Origin: Nitrosopumilus sp.
Lineage (GTDB): Archaea > Thermoproteota > Nitrososphaeria > Nitrososphaerales > Nitrosopumilaceae
NCBI GenBank assembly: GCA_965197525.1
Contig: OZ240211.1
Location: 192,001-256,000, forward strand
Length of the DNA stretch: 64,000 nt
Direction: 5' to 3'
Positions 51,763-61,356 of this stretch are shown one piece after another (position 1 is the stretch's first letter; the number at the start of each line of letters is the position of its first letter). The notes beneath the pieces are model-generated. The model was not told the origin of the DNA. It saw only the letters and a list, made by a program, of their open reading frames with translations, and did no database searches. The translations under genes were made by a program, and so were the position numbers.

Positions 51763-52153
51763 CAGAGAGATGGCAATTTATGCATTGGGAAAGACCGAGG
51801 GAATTCACTGTGTTGCGGAGACCTTTGGAAAAGGGTTTGATGATAAAAAATATGTAGAATCTTGGAACAAGGCCCTGTCATTGTTGGGAGTGAAGATGTC
51901 TTTGAAAAATCTTGAAGAGATTTATGACGAATTTGCAAAAAAGATGGATAAAGTTACAAAGATGAGCAATGATCATGTCGTCAATCCTGTTGATGCCAAT
52001 ACTATAGGTAATGATAATGTTGATGTTGATGCTGATGATGATGGCAGTAGTAGTAGTAGTAATAATAATAATAATACCAACAGCAGTAATGATGCTACTA
52101 TTACCAGTCCTACAAAACAAAGCGGCAACAATAATGATGATATCACACAGTGA
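51752..52153 (+). CDS. Hypothetical protein with N/D/S-rich tail
   Basis: MLTDREMAIYALGKTEG...; start reassigned from 51665. Confidence 0.65.
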   Translation: MLTDREMAIYALGKTEGIHCVAETFGKGFDDKKYVESWNKALSLLGVKMSLKNLEEIYDEFAKKMDKVTKMSNDHVVNPVDANTIGNDNVDVDADDDGSSSSSNNNNNTNSSNDATITSPTKQSGNNNDDITQ

Positions 52154-52258
52154 TAATATCCAACATGCTCTAGAATTTCACAACTTTACTGTACTACTAA
52201 TTCAGACATTAACGATTTAGTAAAATCAATTTTCATATACTCGAAAAATAAACCATCT

Positions 52259-52972
52259 ATGTTGAAAGCGGTAATATTGGCAGGAGGAAGGGGTACACGG
52301 CTTAGACCGCTTACAGATTATGTGCCAAAACCATTAATTCCAATAAAGAACATCCCTATAATAGAATGGCAAATAAAATACTTGACAAAATTTGGAATAA
52401 ATGATATTATTATTTGTACAGGATACAAAGAAGAGTTGATCAAGAATTATCTTGATACACGCAAGATGAAAAAGATCAATATACAATTTTCAATTGAGGA
52501 TGCTCCACTAGGGACTGGAGGTGCAATAAAAAACGCTAGTGCTCTAATTGACAGTGATAGTAACAATAACGATAACACTGGAGGTACCTCTGCATCATTT
52601 CTGGTAATTAACGGTGATATCATAACTGACATTGATTTGACAAGACTGTTGCAAACACCAAACTGTATTGCATCAATTAACTTGCAAACAAAGTTTGGTG
52701 TACTTGATACTGACGGCAACAAAATTACAAAATTTAATGAAAAGATTGCAGTACCACACTTGTGGATGAACGCTGGAATATATCACCTACAAAACGATAT
52801 CTTAAACGATCTACCTGACACGGGAGATATTGAAAAGACTGTGTTTCCAAAATATGCCCAAGATGGCACATTAAACATCGTACAGTTTAGCAACAATGTA
52901 CACTGGTACTCTATTGACTCGTTTAAAGACATTCAAGAATGTGCCTCAGAGATTGAAAATATAATAAAATAG
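52259..52972 (+). CDS. Sugar-phosphate nucleotidyltransferase
   Basis: AVILAGGRGTRLRPLT..PKPL, PLGTGGAI, NGD. Confidence 0.92.
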   Translation: MLKAVILAGGRGTRLRPLTDYVPKPLIPIKNIPIIEWQIKYLTKFGINDIIICTGYKEELIKNYLDTRKMKKINIQFSIEDAPLGTGGAIKNASALIDSDSNNNDNTGGTSASFLVINGDIITDIDLTRLLQTPNCIASINLQTKFGVLDTDGNKITKFNEKIAVPHLWMNAGIYHLQNDILNDLPDTGDIEKTVFPKYAQDGTLNIVQFSNNVHWYSIDSFKDIQECASEIENIIK

Positions 52973-52986
52973 TCAGATGTAAGATA

Positions 52987-53154
52987 TCAAGCCCCTGTTC
53001 TATGAAGTGTAATCATTATGTATGCTATCTCTTCTACAAATGGTCCGTCTCTTCCTCTTCCTTCTACGTACTTTGTAGCATCACTCCAAAATCCTGGTCT
53101 CTTTTCTCGAATTCCTAACTCATGTGTTAGTATCTGTTGTTGCTGTTGATCCAA
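52987..53154 (-). CDS. Small hypothetical protein, 55 aa, absent from the ORF track
   Basis: TTG start; MDQQQQQILTHELGIREKRPGFWSDATKYVEGRGRDGPFVEEIAYIMITLHRTGA*; fills the gap between two genes. Confidence 0.45.
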   Translation of the reverse strand: MDQQQQQILTHELGIREKRPGFWSDATKYVEGRGRDGPFVEEIAYIMITLHRTGA

Positions 53155-53194
53155 TAACCTATTTTGATGCTTTTTTTGATAACATCACTCCTCA

Positions 53195-54406
53195 ATGAAA
53201 ATTAACCAAATAGTGAAACATAACACTAGAATATCAGAAGATTCACATGTTTTTATGCGCACTGCATGCAGTCTAGGCTCACTACTTTCAATCCCTGAAA
53301 TATTGGAATGCTGTGATGCCATCTCAAAAACCAATGTGGACAGTATATGGATTCCTGAGACTTGGGGGATGGAGAATCTCTCAATGCTTGCAGCTATATC
53401 TGCTAAAACTGCCACCACTAGTGTGAATATAGGCTCATCTATAATCAATATTTTTTCACGCAGTCCCTCATCTATTGCAATGGGAGCTGCAACCGTTGAC
53501 ACCCTGTCACACGGGCGTCTTATTTTAGGATTAGGCACTAGCAGTGTCCCAATTGTTGAGGATTTTCACGGTTACAGTTTTGACAAACCGTTACAGAGAA
53601 TGCGGGAATACGTGCAAATTATTAGACTGATGCTTACCGGACAGCCAGTAAACTATACAAACGATACATTCAACCTCAAGGGGTTTAAACTACTGATAAA
53701 ACCTCCTAGGACATCAATTCCAATTTATCTTGCAGCCATTAACAAAAAAATGGTTAATTTAGCATGGGAGCTAGGTGACGGCGTAATCTTTTATCTCCGA
53801 CCGCTACACGAGTTAAAACAAACAATATCTTACATGCAGTCCAAACGACACATTGACGTTACCAGTCAGATAATCACGTGCGTTTCTGATGACTCTGAAT
53901 TGGCAAGAATACGGGCTAGAAAGACACTGGCGTTTTATGTTTCAGTTGGTAAAGTGTATAGGGATTTTTTAGCGCAAAATGGGTTTGCACAAGAGACTGC
54001 ACACATATTTGATGAATTTAAGAAAACAAGCTTTAAACATAATTACAAATTTGTTACAGATGCAATGTTGGACTCTCTTACGATATCTGGTACTCCCAGT
54101 CATTGTAAAAAGCAGCTAGCGAAATTTTTAGATTGTGGAATTGCTTTGCCGATATTACAATTTAATCCTGTGGTGGACAATACCAGTAACAATACCAGTA
54201 ACAATACCAGTAACAATACAATAACAGTAACAATAACAGTAACAATAACAGTAACAATAACAGTAACAATAACAGTAACAATAACAGTAACAATACCAGT
54301 AACAATAACAGTACTATCAAATCATTTGAACTGTTTCAGGGAACATTTTTTGATACATCATGAAAGTTGGCATAATTGGATATGGGGTTACACCATTCAC
54401 ACATGA
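53195..54406 (+). CDS. LLM-class flavin/F420-dependent oxidoreductase, C-terminus frameshifted by a tandem repeat
   Basis: WIPETWG, LSHGRLILGLG, IPIYLAAI, LAWELGDG; the native frame would end at TGA 54361-63. Confidence 0.88.
   Translation: MKINQIVKHNTRISEDSHVFMRTACSLGSLLSIPEILECCDAISKTNVDSIWIPETWGMENLSMLAAISAKTATTSVNIGSSIINIFSRSPSSIAMGAATVDTLSHGRLILGLGTSSVPIVEDFHGYSFDKPLQRMREYVQIIRLMLTGQPVNYTNDTFNLKGFKLLIKPPRTSIPIYLAAINKKMVNLAWELGDGVIFYLRPLHELKQTISYMQSKRHIDVTSQIITCVSDDSELARIRARKTLAFYVSVGKVYRDFLAQNGFAQETAHIFDEFKKTSFKHNYKFVTDAMLDSLTISGTPSHCKKQLAKFLDCGIALPILQFNPVVDNTSNNTSNNTSNNTITVTITVTITVTITVTITVTITVTIPVTITVLSNHLNCFREHFLIHHESWHNWIWGYTIHT
54178..54313 (+). repeat. 12-bp VNTR (caataMcagtaa x ~11) with a 5-bp partial unit
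   Basis: Three caataccagtaa units, then caata (54214-18), then eight further units. Confidence 0.92.
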
Positions 54407-55472
54407 TGATGCAAAAATTGACTCTCTGCTGTTGCAGTCTGTAAAACACACCTTTTCTAACAACCCAATCATTACACAGGATGATGTTGATGCAGTACTC
54501 GTATCTACAAACGACAATTCCAAGTATTTGGCATCTGTCCTATCAGAGACGGCAGGCATCCGACCAAAGATTGCACATAATGTCGAGAGCATGTGTAATT
54601 CAGGTAGTAACGCCATCGTCTCGGCATACGCGTATATTGCATCAGGACTTGCAGATGTCATTCTTGTAAGTGGTGCTGATAGACGCACCAATCCTGGACA
54701 GATACTACAATGGGACAATTCTAGAGGTGAGTACAAACATCCCATATTTTGGGCATCAATCTTTACTAAATCATACAAGAGAAGATACGGCATTACTGAT
54801 GAGGAGTTGGCGCTTGTCCCAGTAAAGAATCACAAACATGCCTGCAAAAATCCCAACGCACTATCTCCCAAGACGTGCACAGTGAAAGACGTAATAAACT
54901 CAAAACCGTTAACAGGCGATCTAAGAATATTTGACTGTTCTAGGTCGTGTACCGGAAGCGCGTCAGTTATTTTAGCTTCTGAAGATGCTATTCGAAGACT
55001 TGGTATAGCCCAGCCTGTCTGGATTACAGGAATCGGGCAAAAGACGACTTCTGCAGGATTTGCAAAGAATCCATCATTTCATTCCATGGAATCCACAAGA
55101 CTGGCAAAAGACTTGGCATTTCAGATGTCAGGCAAGCGCGCACAAGACATTGATGTTGCTGAAGTCCATGATGCATTTTCAGTATGCGAGGTTATTGCAC
55201 TGGAATCCTTGGGGCTAAGTCAACCCGGTCAAGGAACTCAAACTGTAAAAGAGTTACATGAGACTGATAATTTTATGATAAATCCTCGCGGGGGTCTGCT
55301 TGGTTCTGGACACCCATTGGGTGCGACAGGAATTGCACAAACAGTAGAGGTGACACAACAACTATTATCCAAAGCAGGTCCAAGACAGGTTGACAGTAAT
55401 ACGAGTACGGGGTTGGTTCACAATTTGTCAGCTGCTGCAACATCATCAACTGTACTGGTGCTTGAGCGATGA
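54360..55472 (+). CDS. Thiolase family protein (acetyl-CoA acetyltransferase)
   Basis: VESMCNSG, EVHDAF, NPRGGLLGSGHPLGATG. Confidence 0.92.
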   Translation: MKVGIIGYGVTPFTHDDAKIDSLLLQSVKHTFSNNPIITQDDVDAVLVSTNDNSKYLASVLSETAGIRPKIAHNVESMCNSGSNAIVSAYAYIASGLADVILVSGADRRTNPGQILQWDNSRGEYKHPIFWASIFTKSYKRRYGITDEELALVPVKNHKHACKNPNALSPKTCTVKDVINSKPLTGDLRIFDCSRSCTGSASVILASEDAIRRLGIAQPVWITGIGQKTTSAGFAKNPSFHSMESTRLAKDLAFQMSGKRAQDIDVAEVHDAFSVCEVIALESLGLSQPGQGTQTVKELHETDNFMINPRGGLLGSGHPLGATGIAQTVEVTQQLLSKAGPRQVDSNTSTGLVHNLSAAATSSTVLVLER

Positions 55473-55777
55473 GTTTTGAATCAGAGCTATCATCAGGAAG
55501 GTTTTGCATTCCCTCCTGCATGCAATGTAAAAAAATTGTATGGCCTCCAACTGAGTTCTGTAATCGCTGTTTTGGCACCATCACACTAAAACACGGAGAT
55601 TTTGTAGGTAAGGTTGTGGAATTTTCAGAGTATCATGATCATTATTTTTGTGTAGTGGAATTTGAAGGATCTGTACAAGTGATGGCGAAGATCTCAAATA
55701 TGCCCATAGTTGGTCAGAGCGTAAAGATTGTACAATGCGGCATATCAGACGGAAATTATTTTTTCAATGTTGCTTGA
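55469..55777 (+). CDS. DUF35 Zn-ribbon/OB-fold thiolase partner
   Basis: CMQC...WPP..FCNRC; overlaps the thiolase stop. Confidence 0.85.
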   Translation: MSFESELSSGRFCIPSCMQCKKIVWPPTEFCNRCFGTITLKHGDFVGKVVEFSEYHDHYFCVVEFEGSVQVMAKISNMPIVGQSVKIVQCGISDGNYFFNVA

Positions 55778-56606
55778 ATTTTGTGTATATGTACGGGGTT
55801 TCAATCTTTTGATCAAATGTCCACACGGTTGGCAATGATATAACATCAATCACTTGTAGATTGTGTTTTTTTATCAGGGCGTTCCATCCTCCATGCTCTG
55901 AGCTGTTACTGGACAGATGTCTCTTTGTATTGGTCCCTGCAAATGTTATTGCCGTGTTGTCTTTGAGGTCTTTGATATTTTTTATCTTTTCAATTATGTT
56001 GTCTGCTAGGACATCTCCTCCCATCTGTGGAAGGCCACCTACAAAAAATATTGGATGTTCTAGCTTTAATTCTGTATAATCAAACTCTAAAGCGTCGGCG
56101 TTTACTGGATTAAAGTTTTGATGTGCCTGTTTAGCAATTATTTTTTGTAACTCTGTTAATGTGTCATCTATCTCTAGGCTGTATGTCGTTAATCCTAACA
56201 GGTGCCCGCAAAATGCAATTCGTCCATCTCCTGAGCCTATGTCGACTAATTCTGTGTATCTAAACTGCTTTGCAGCATATGCCATGATAAATGCCGACAT
56301 TATCCATGTAGGGTAAAACGGCTGGCAACTAGAACCGTGCTTGATACTGTTTAGCCAGTATTCGTTGATATCACCTTCGTATATGGTACAATCAATCCCT
56401 AAAATTTTTTGATTATAATGATTATAGTATATTGGATTTTTTTGAGCAAATCCATGCAATGATGCTAACAGACGCTCTGGGTATGGAAATTCTTTTGATG
56501 TTTTATTTGGAACCACTTCTTGAATATGCGCGTTGCCTACATAGTTTTCTGCAAAGTTCTGTTTTACGGAAATCAGAGTCTCTGCTTGATTATTGTTTTG
56601 TATCAT
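55764..56606 (-). CDS. Class I SAM-dependent methyltransferase-like protein
   Basis: LVDIGSGDGRI motif I, YSLEID. Confidence 0.65.
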   Translation of the reverse strand: MIQNNNQAETLISVKQNFAENYVGNAHIQEVVPNKTSKEFPYPERLLASLHGFAQKNPIYYNHYNQKILGIDCTIYEGDINEYWLNSIKHGSSCQPFYPTWIMSAFIMAYAAKQFRYTELVDIGSGDGRIAFCGHLLGLTTYSLEIDDTLTELQKIIAKQAHQNFNPVNADALEFDYTELKLEHPIFFVGGLPQMGGDVLADNIIEKIKNIKDLKDNTAITFAGTNTKRHLSSNSSEHGGWNALIKKHNLQVIDVISLPTVWTFDQKIETPYIYTKFKQH

Positions 56607-56638
56607 GGCTTTGATCTCTTATATGGGTTTGATAAACT

Positions 56639-58010
56639 GGTTCTGTCGAGTTAACGGGTGTTGACTGATGAGGATTCTATCAGCATCAAAACTCATATAC
56701 CTATTTCAACAGTGTTCATTAGGTAACACATTAACTACTTGACTTTGACATATCGACTATCTGGATTACCGGTCTGCAGGGTTCCATCATCGCTGACTCA
56801 AAAACGTTAGACTGCGCTTCACTTATGCCAACTCTACTATCCCTAAACCTAGGGGACAGTTTGCGTGATATGTTCATGGCAGCTATAATGTCTCTGTCCA
56901 TGAATAATCCGCAATTATTACACGACATTTTACGACTGTGTTGCATGTCCTCTTGGAGTTTCTTTCCGCATTTTGGACATTGTGTGCTCGTGCGTTTTGG
57001 ATCTACAAATTCGACGGGTAGCCCGACCCATTGGGCTTTGTATTCTATTTGGCGTTGTAGCTCGTAGAATTGCCAGCCGTTCAATCTGCGTCTGTACTTG
57101 TTGCCTTGACCATTTCCCTTTTGGTATAATTTTCTTATTCCTTTCAGGTTCTCCAAAACAATTATGGCTTTTTCCTTGACGGCATTATCTACTATGTTTT
57201 TTGAGATTTTGTGTATGTATTGTTTTGTTCTGTCAGTCATTCTTCTTTGTCTTTGCTTCCAAAATTGACCTTTCTTTCTACGATCATTTCTATGGAATCC
57301 GGCTCTAGTATGTATTGTGTTCTCTTTGATTGATAACAACTTGTTTGTTTTGTAGAATGTTATCTTTTCTTCATTTCCGCATGTGACGTTACGTAGATTT
57401 CTATCGATTCCCACTGTCTTGGTACACTCTATCTCTTCTGTTTCTTTCGAAACACAAAGACTGATGTTGAGAGCAGTCAATGAAAACGAGCGTACTGTCA
57501 AGGCGGAGTTTGACAGGATTTTTTGAGTGTGTTGGTTCAACAAGATGTTGATAGGATTTCCACGTTTGTATGGTATTGTGAGTAGTGCACCATTGTGTTT
57601 TATGCCGTAGCAGTTTGTAATGAATGGATTTTTGATAATTGGGTCTTTTACTTTGACACCACGTTTGACTGACTGCTTTCTATTTGATAATACTCCGGCA
57701 GCTCTTGATATTGCATTGAGTTTGTATGAAGATAAAATATCATAGTCTCTCAATTCGTGATAGCATAGCATGGATAACCGCTTCATGTTGTGGGTATCTT
57801 CCTTTAGTCCTATTCTAATGCAATGGTTAACCATCTTTGTGAATGTAACCATCATATCCATTAGGTCGGAATTTGGTGTATGTTTTTGTGCTATTGACTT
57901 TATTGCTCTCAACGAATATCTTCGGTTTAAAGTTATTTATATCTTGTTCAGAGGGATCTTTCTACCATGGAATCAAAATTTATTTCAACACCCGTTAACT
58001 TGACAGAACC
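56639..58010 (-). mobile_element. TIR-bounded tnpB-only element (copy 4, 1372 bp)
   Basis: 26-bp TIRs ggttctgtcgagttaacgggtgttga / tcaacacccgttaacttgacagaacc (1 mismatch). Perfect TSD gataaact (56631-38 / 58011-18). Confidence 0.95.
56731..57912 (-). CDS. tnpB: TnpB-like RNA-guided RuvC nuclease
   Basis: GIDRN, VLENL, CPKCG/CNNCG, DRDIIAAMNI. Confidence 0.92.
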   Translation of the reverse strand: MRAIKSIAQKHTPNSDLMDMMVTFTKMVNHCIRIGLKEDTHNMKRLSMLCYHELRDYDILSSYKLNAISRAAGVLSNRKQSVKRGVKVKDPIIKNPFITNCYGIKHNGALLTIPYKRGNPINILLNQHTQKILSNSALTVRSFSLTALNISLCVSKETEEIECTKTVGIDRNLRNVTCGNEEKITFYKTNKLLSIKENTIHTRAGFHRNDRRKKGQFWKQRQRRMTDRTKQYIHKISKNIVDNAVKEKAIIVLENLKGIRKLYQKGNGQGNKYRRRLNGWQFYELQRQIEYKAQWVGLPVEFVDPKRTSTQCPKCGKKLQEDMQHSRKMSCNNCGLFMDRDIIAAMNISRKLSPRFRDSRVGISEAQSNVFESAMMEPCRPVIQIVDMSKSSS

Positions 58011-58249
58011 GATAAACTCATTGTAATATTCTCACATGTTTTTGTCTACACGTCGCTCTTTTTCCTGCACTTCATAAAATGATCTGTTTCTGAGACGAGT
58101 CTTTGTACTTGATGGAATCTTCTATAATCAATTAACACCTAATCTTATGGATTTTGGGAATTCATCTTTGAATTATACAAAATAATCTTGTAAATTAGTG
58201 TACTATTTTATAATGATTATATAATTACCTTGATCTTTTATGTGACTGC

Positions 58250-58903
58250 ATGGTAAGAAAATATTTGACGCCAAAGTTCTTCTCATCAACTGTTATGGCC
58301 AAACCCTCTAGTAAAAAAATTCGCGTACAGAATCAGCGGTCTGCCCGTTTGCGTAGACAGCGAGGATATCACTGGGAGGATACAATCGTAAAGAGGTTCA
58401 ATGATCAGGACAATTGGAAAGCGTTTCGACTAGGATCTGCTAGTAATGCCTTGCCTGATATACTGGCAGTTAATACTCAAGCCAAGACGATATATACAAT
58501 TGAAGCAAAATCAGGCACTGGCACATCATTGTTTGTGCCTGCAGACCAGATTGAACGATGCATGCGTTGGGTTAAGACGTTTGATATTTACAAGAAGAGG
58601 AAGGTTATTCTTGCCTTTAAATTTCTCTCAAAGAAGCGGATTGATATAGATGTGTACCAAAGTCGTGAGTTGAGAGAATTTTTTAAGATCTGGGATGATG
58701 ATCGGGATATTACAGATTGTGTATGTAGTTACGATGGTAAGGTATCGATAAAAGTAGGTGGTATAGAAAAGACAGAGATCGCACTTAAGAGTGGCAAGAT
58801 GCCGTTTCAGATTAGAGGGGGGACTAAATCACTAAAACTGCCAACCAAACGGCTAAAGTATAAAAAAAAGATCAGAGATACCCGGAAAACTAATGCCAAG
58901 TGA
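58250..58903 (+). CDS. hjc: Archaeal Holliday junction resolvase-like (Hjc family) protein
   Basis: RGYHWED...LPDILAV...IEAKS PD-(D/E)xK motif; start may be 58295. Confidence 0.75.
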   Translation: MVRKYLTPKFFSSTVMAKPSSKKIRVQNQRSARLRRQRGYHWEDTIVKRFNDQDNWKAFRLGSASNALPDILAVNTQAKTIYTIEAKSGTGTSLFVPADQIERCMRWVKTFDIYKKRKVILAFKFLSKKRIDIDVYQSRELREFFKIWDDDRDITDCVCSYDGKVSIKVGGIEKTEIALKSGKMPFQIRGGTKSLKLPTKRLKYKKKIRDTRKTNAK

Positions 58904-58945
58904 GTTTCAAATCGTTTTTAAGTATAGTATACTAAATGATATTAG

Positions 58946-59410
58946 ATGCCCAAAGAAACAGATGATGATATTAAGATAAATACCGAACTAGACCCCAAGA
59001 TTACGGAATCATTACTAGAGACAGTATCTGATGCTAACGTTAACTCACGAATCAATTTTGAAGAGTTTACTGACGAACGTGTGCTGATAAGTCATGATGC
59101 CTTTGGCAAGAAACAGATGAAGATCAAAGTGTTGGAGGTATCTGACGAGATTCCTACATTACAATGGAAGTTTGGAGATCGTGTAAAGATCACAAAAATT
59201 CTTGTTACTGTAAAACATCTTACAACACAACAAGTTGAAGAAGCAGAGTTTGACATAGAGGCAATAGAACTCGAGATGGCAGAAAAGAGACACTATTCAT
59301 CTACGAATAGATGGATTCCTAAAACAGATATAAAAAATGGTTATGTGGTAGGATCAAAACATACTAGGTTGATAAGCGATGCGTCAGCATTAGACTATAT
59401 CGCATTTTAG
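58946..59410 (+). CDS. Conserved hypothetical protein
   Basis: 154-aa ORF. Confidence 0.7.
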   Translation: MPKETDDDIKINTELDPKITESLLETVSDANVNSRINFEEFTDERVLISHDAFGKKQMKIKVLEVSDEIPTLQWKFGDRVKITKILVTVKHLTTQQVEEAEFDIEAIELEMAEKRHYSSTNRWIPKTDIKNGYVVGSKHTRLISDASALDYIAF

Positions 59411-59626
59411 ATTTGTCTCAAACACATGATAGAATGTTTATTCATTTCATAGTTGCATCAACATTGCTGTAATTCTATTTTTACTCCATCTTGACTTTTA
59501 CTCTCAAATTAAATCTTGTCCATTTGTAGGAATATTCAAAAACAAACAAGCAAACAAACCAATTTTAAATCAATCTGGATGTCCTCAACGATAAAGTTTT
59601 ATGAATCAAATATGTGTTAATAGTGT

Positions 59627-60886
59627 ATGATAAATGATAAAATCATAATTGCGATAATTGTAGTACTCACTGGAATTCTTGGTGTCGTTGCCCTCTCTTC
59701 TGGAGCTGATATTGAAATTCTTGATGCGATTCCAAGGGATATACGCTCAATAACGCTAGATGGTGATGCTGCCTCTGCAGCTGTCGTAGATGAGATAATT
59801 GCAATGTATGATTCTGATAAAGAAGGTACTTTGGAGTATATCAATAATCTGGATTCAAATGATCCGTCATATCCATTCGTTATTGACGCGATACGGGGGT
59901 TAATCATAGCTCATGGTTCTGACTCTGACTTGACATCAACTGAATCTTTGATACCTCTTGATAGAGCTCACAAACCATATGCTGTAATACTAGATGAATT
60001 AATAGAACGAAGCACAGATACTAATGAATATAGGGGTGTTTGGGCAGAGTATGTATTTCTAAATCCTGAGTTGGGTCAAGATCAACTCAAACGTTCTTGG
60101 TTGGTGTTGCATGATGGTTACATCTTTGGTTCTGGGCATTACTACTCACCCGAAGCTAGGGCCCAACAAGAAGTTTCTTATGCAATTGAGTTGTACGACG
60201 AGATAGGCCGAGATGCATTTAAACGTATTAACACATTGTCGTTACAGCCCTACTCGTTTTATGCAGTAGTCATTGAGATAGATTCTTCCAAAGTTATAGC
60301 TCACGGTGCATTTCCTTATGAGAATGTTGGAGTCAAAGTAACCCAATCACTTGAAGGATTAAATGATTTAGATCATGATTCCTCTTTTTGGCTGTACGTA
60401 CAAAATAAGAATCCAATATCGGGGATTGTTGAGCAGAAACGTATTTGGGTAACTCCTCATGAGGGATATCTCTTCACATCTGGATATTATTATTCAGCTG
60501 AAGAAAAAGTCCGCGAGAATATTGAAGTTTTAGTTGATGCATACAAATCTAATAAAAAACAGGTGTTCGATGAAGTAAATGCTTTAAACTCTGTTGATCC
60601 ATACTATCCATTTATTTTAAATGCCACTACTGGAAAGATTGAAGCCCATGGCGCTTTTGTAAGTCGAATTGGGATTGATTCCATAATACTAAATGACGGA
60701 ACAGAGAGGTTATCAAAAGACATCCTCGATGATCTGTACAAGTATAACAGTACTTGGACTGATTACAAGTTTACAAACCCTAGCACAGGTGAATTAGAAC
60801 ATAAACGCACTTATTTGTACTTGCATGATGGATATGTCTTTGGTGCTGGATTTTATTATTCTGTATTTGGAAGCACTGCACGTTAG
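59627..60886 (+). CDS. Membrane-anchored protein with three single-Cache-like domains
   Basis: Signal/TM helix; three YPF...AHG...W..Y.F.NP..G....KR..L..HDGY.FGSG.YY units. Confidence 0.8.
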   Translation: MINDKIIIAIIVVLTGILGVVALSSGADIEILDAIPRDIRSITLDGDAASAAVVDEIIAMYDSDKEGTLEYINNLDSNDPSYPFVIDAIRGLIIAHGSDSDLTSTESLIPLDRAHKPYAVILDELIERSTDTNEYRGVWAEYVFLNPELGQDQLKRSWLVLHDGYIFGSGHYYSPEARAQQEVSYAIELYDEIGRDAFKRINTLSLQPYSFYAVVIEIDSSKVIAHGAFPYENVGVKVTQSLEGLNDLDHDSSFWLYVQNKNPISGIVEQKRIWVTPHEGYLFTSGYYYSAEEKVRENIEVLVDAYKSNKKQVFDEVNALNSVDPYYPFILNATTGKIEAHGAFVSRIGIDSIILNDGTERLSKDILDDLYKYNSTWTDYKFTNPSTGELEHKRTYLYLHDGYVFGAGFYYSVFGSTAR

Positions 60887-61356
60887 AATACATTTTCAAG
60901 ATTTATCTGTGTCCTGTCGTTTGACGTCATTTTATCAACACATTAATGTTAGTACACATTGAGATTAGGCTCATAGATTGTAGATGTCATAAGTGTAAGG
61001 TCATTTTTTACCCAAGTTTATCTAATTGTGCTAGTTGGGGTTACTAAAAATTTAGCGATAATTACGACTAGTATCAGTTGTTATGAACGTAGACGCCGCT
61101 GGTTAAAAACGAATATAATAACACGTATTCTTATATACATATTTTTAAGAACGTTATAGTCTAATTTTAGAGCATGGTTATTTTTGTAGTTATGCAAAAA
61201 ATTTAATCATGCTAGTCAAAAGCACTACGCTGATATTAGTTTAGGCTCTTCACACATAATTGAAGAAAGATACTTAAACTATGAGAAATTATTTTGGTTA
61301 GGAATTAGCAATCATGTATAATAATAATAATAATACAGAAAAGTTAAAGATCCACT

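Noticed and set aside
54178-54313. Possible CRISPR array at the 12-bp repeats
   Set aside because: Units are contiguous with no unique spacers and lie inside a CDS; this is a VNTR.
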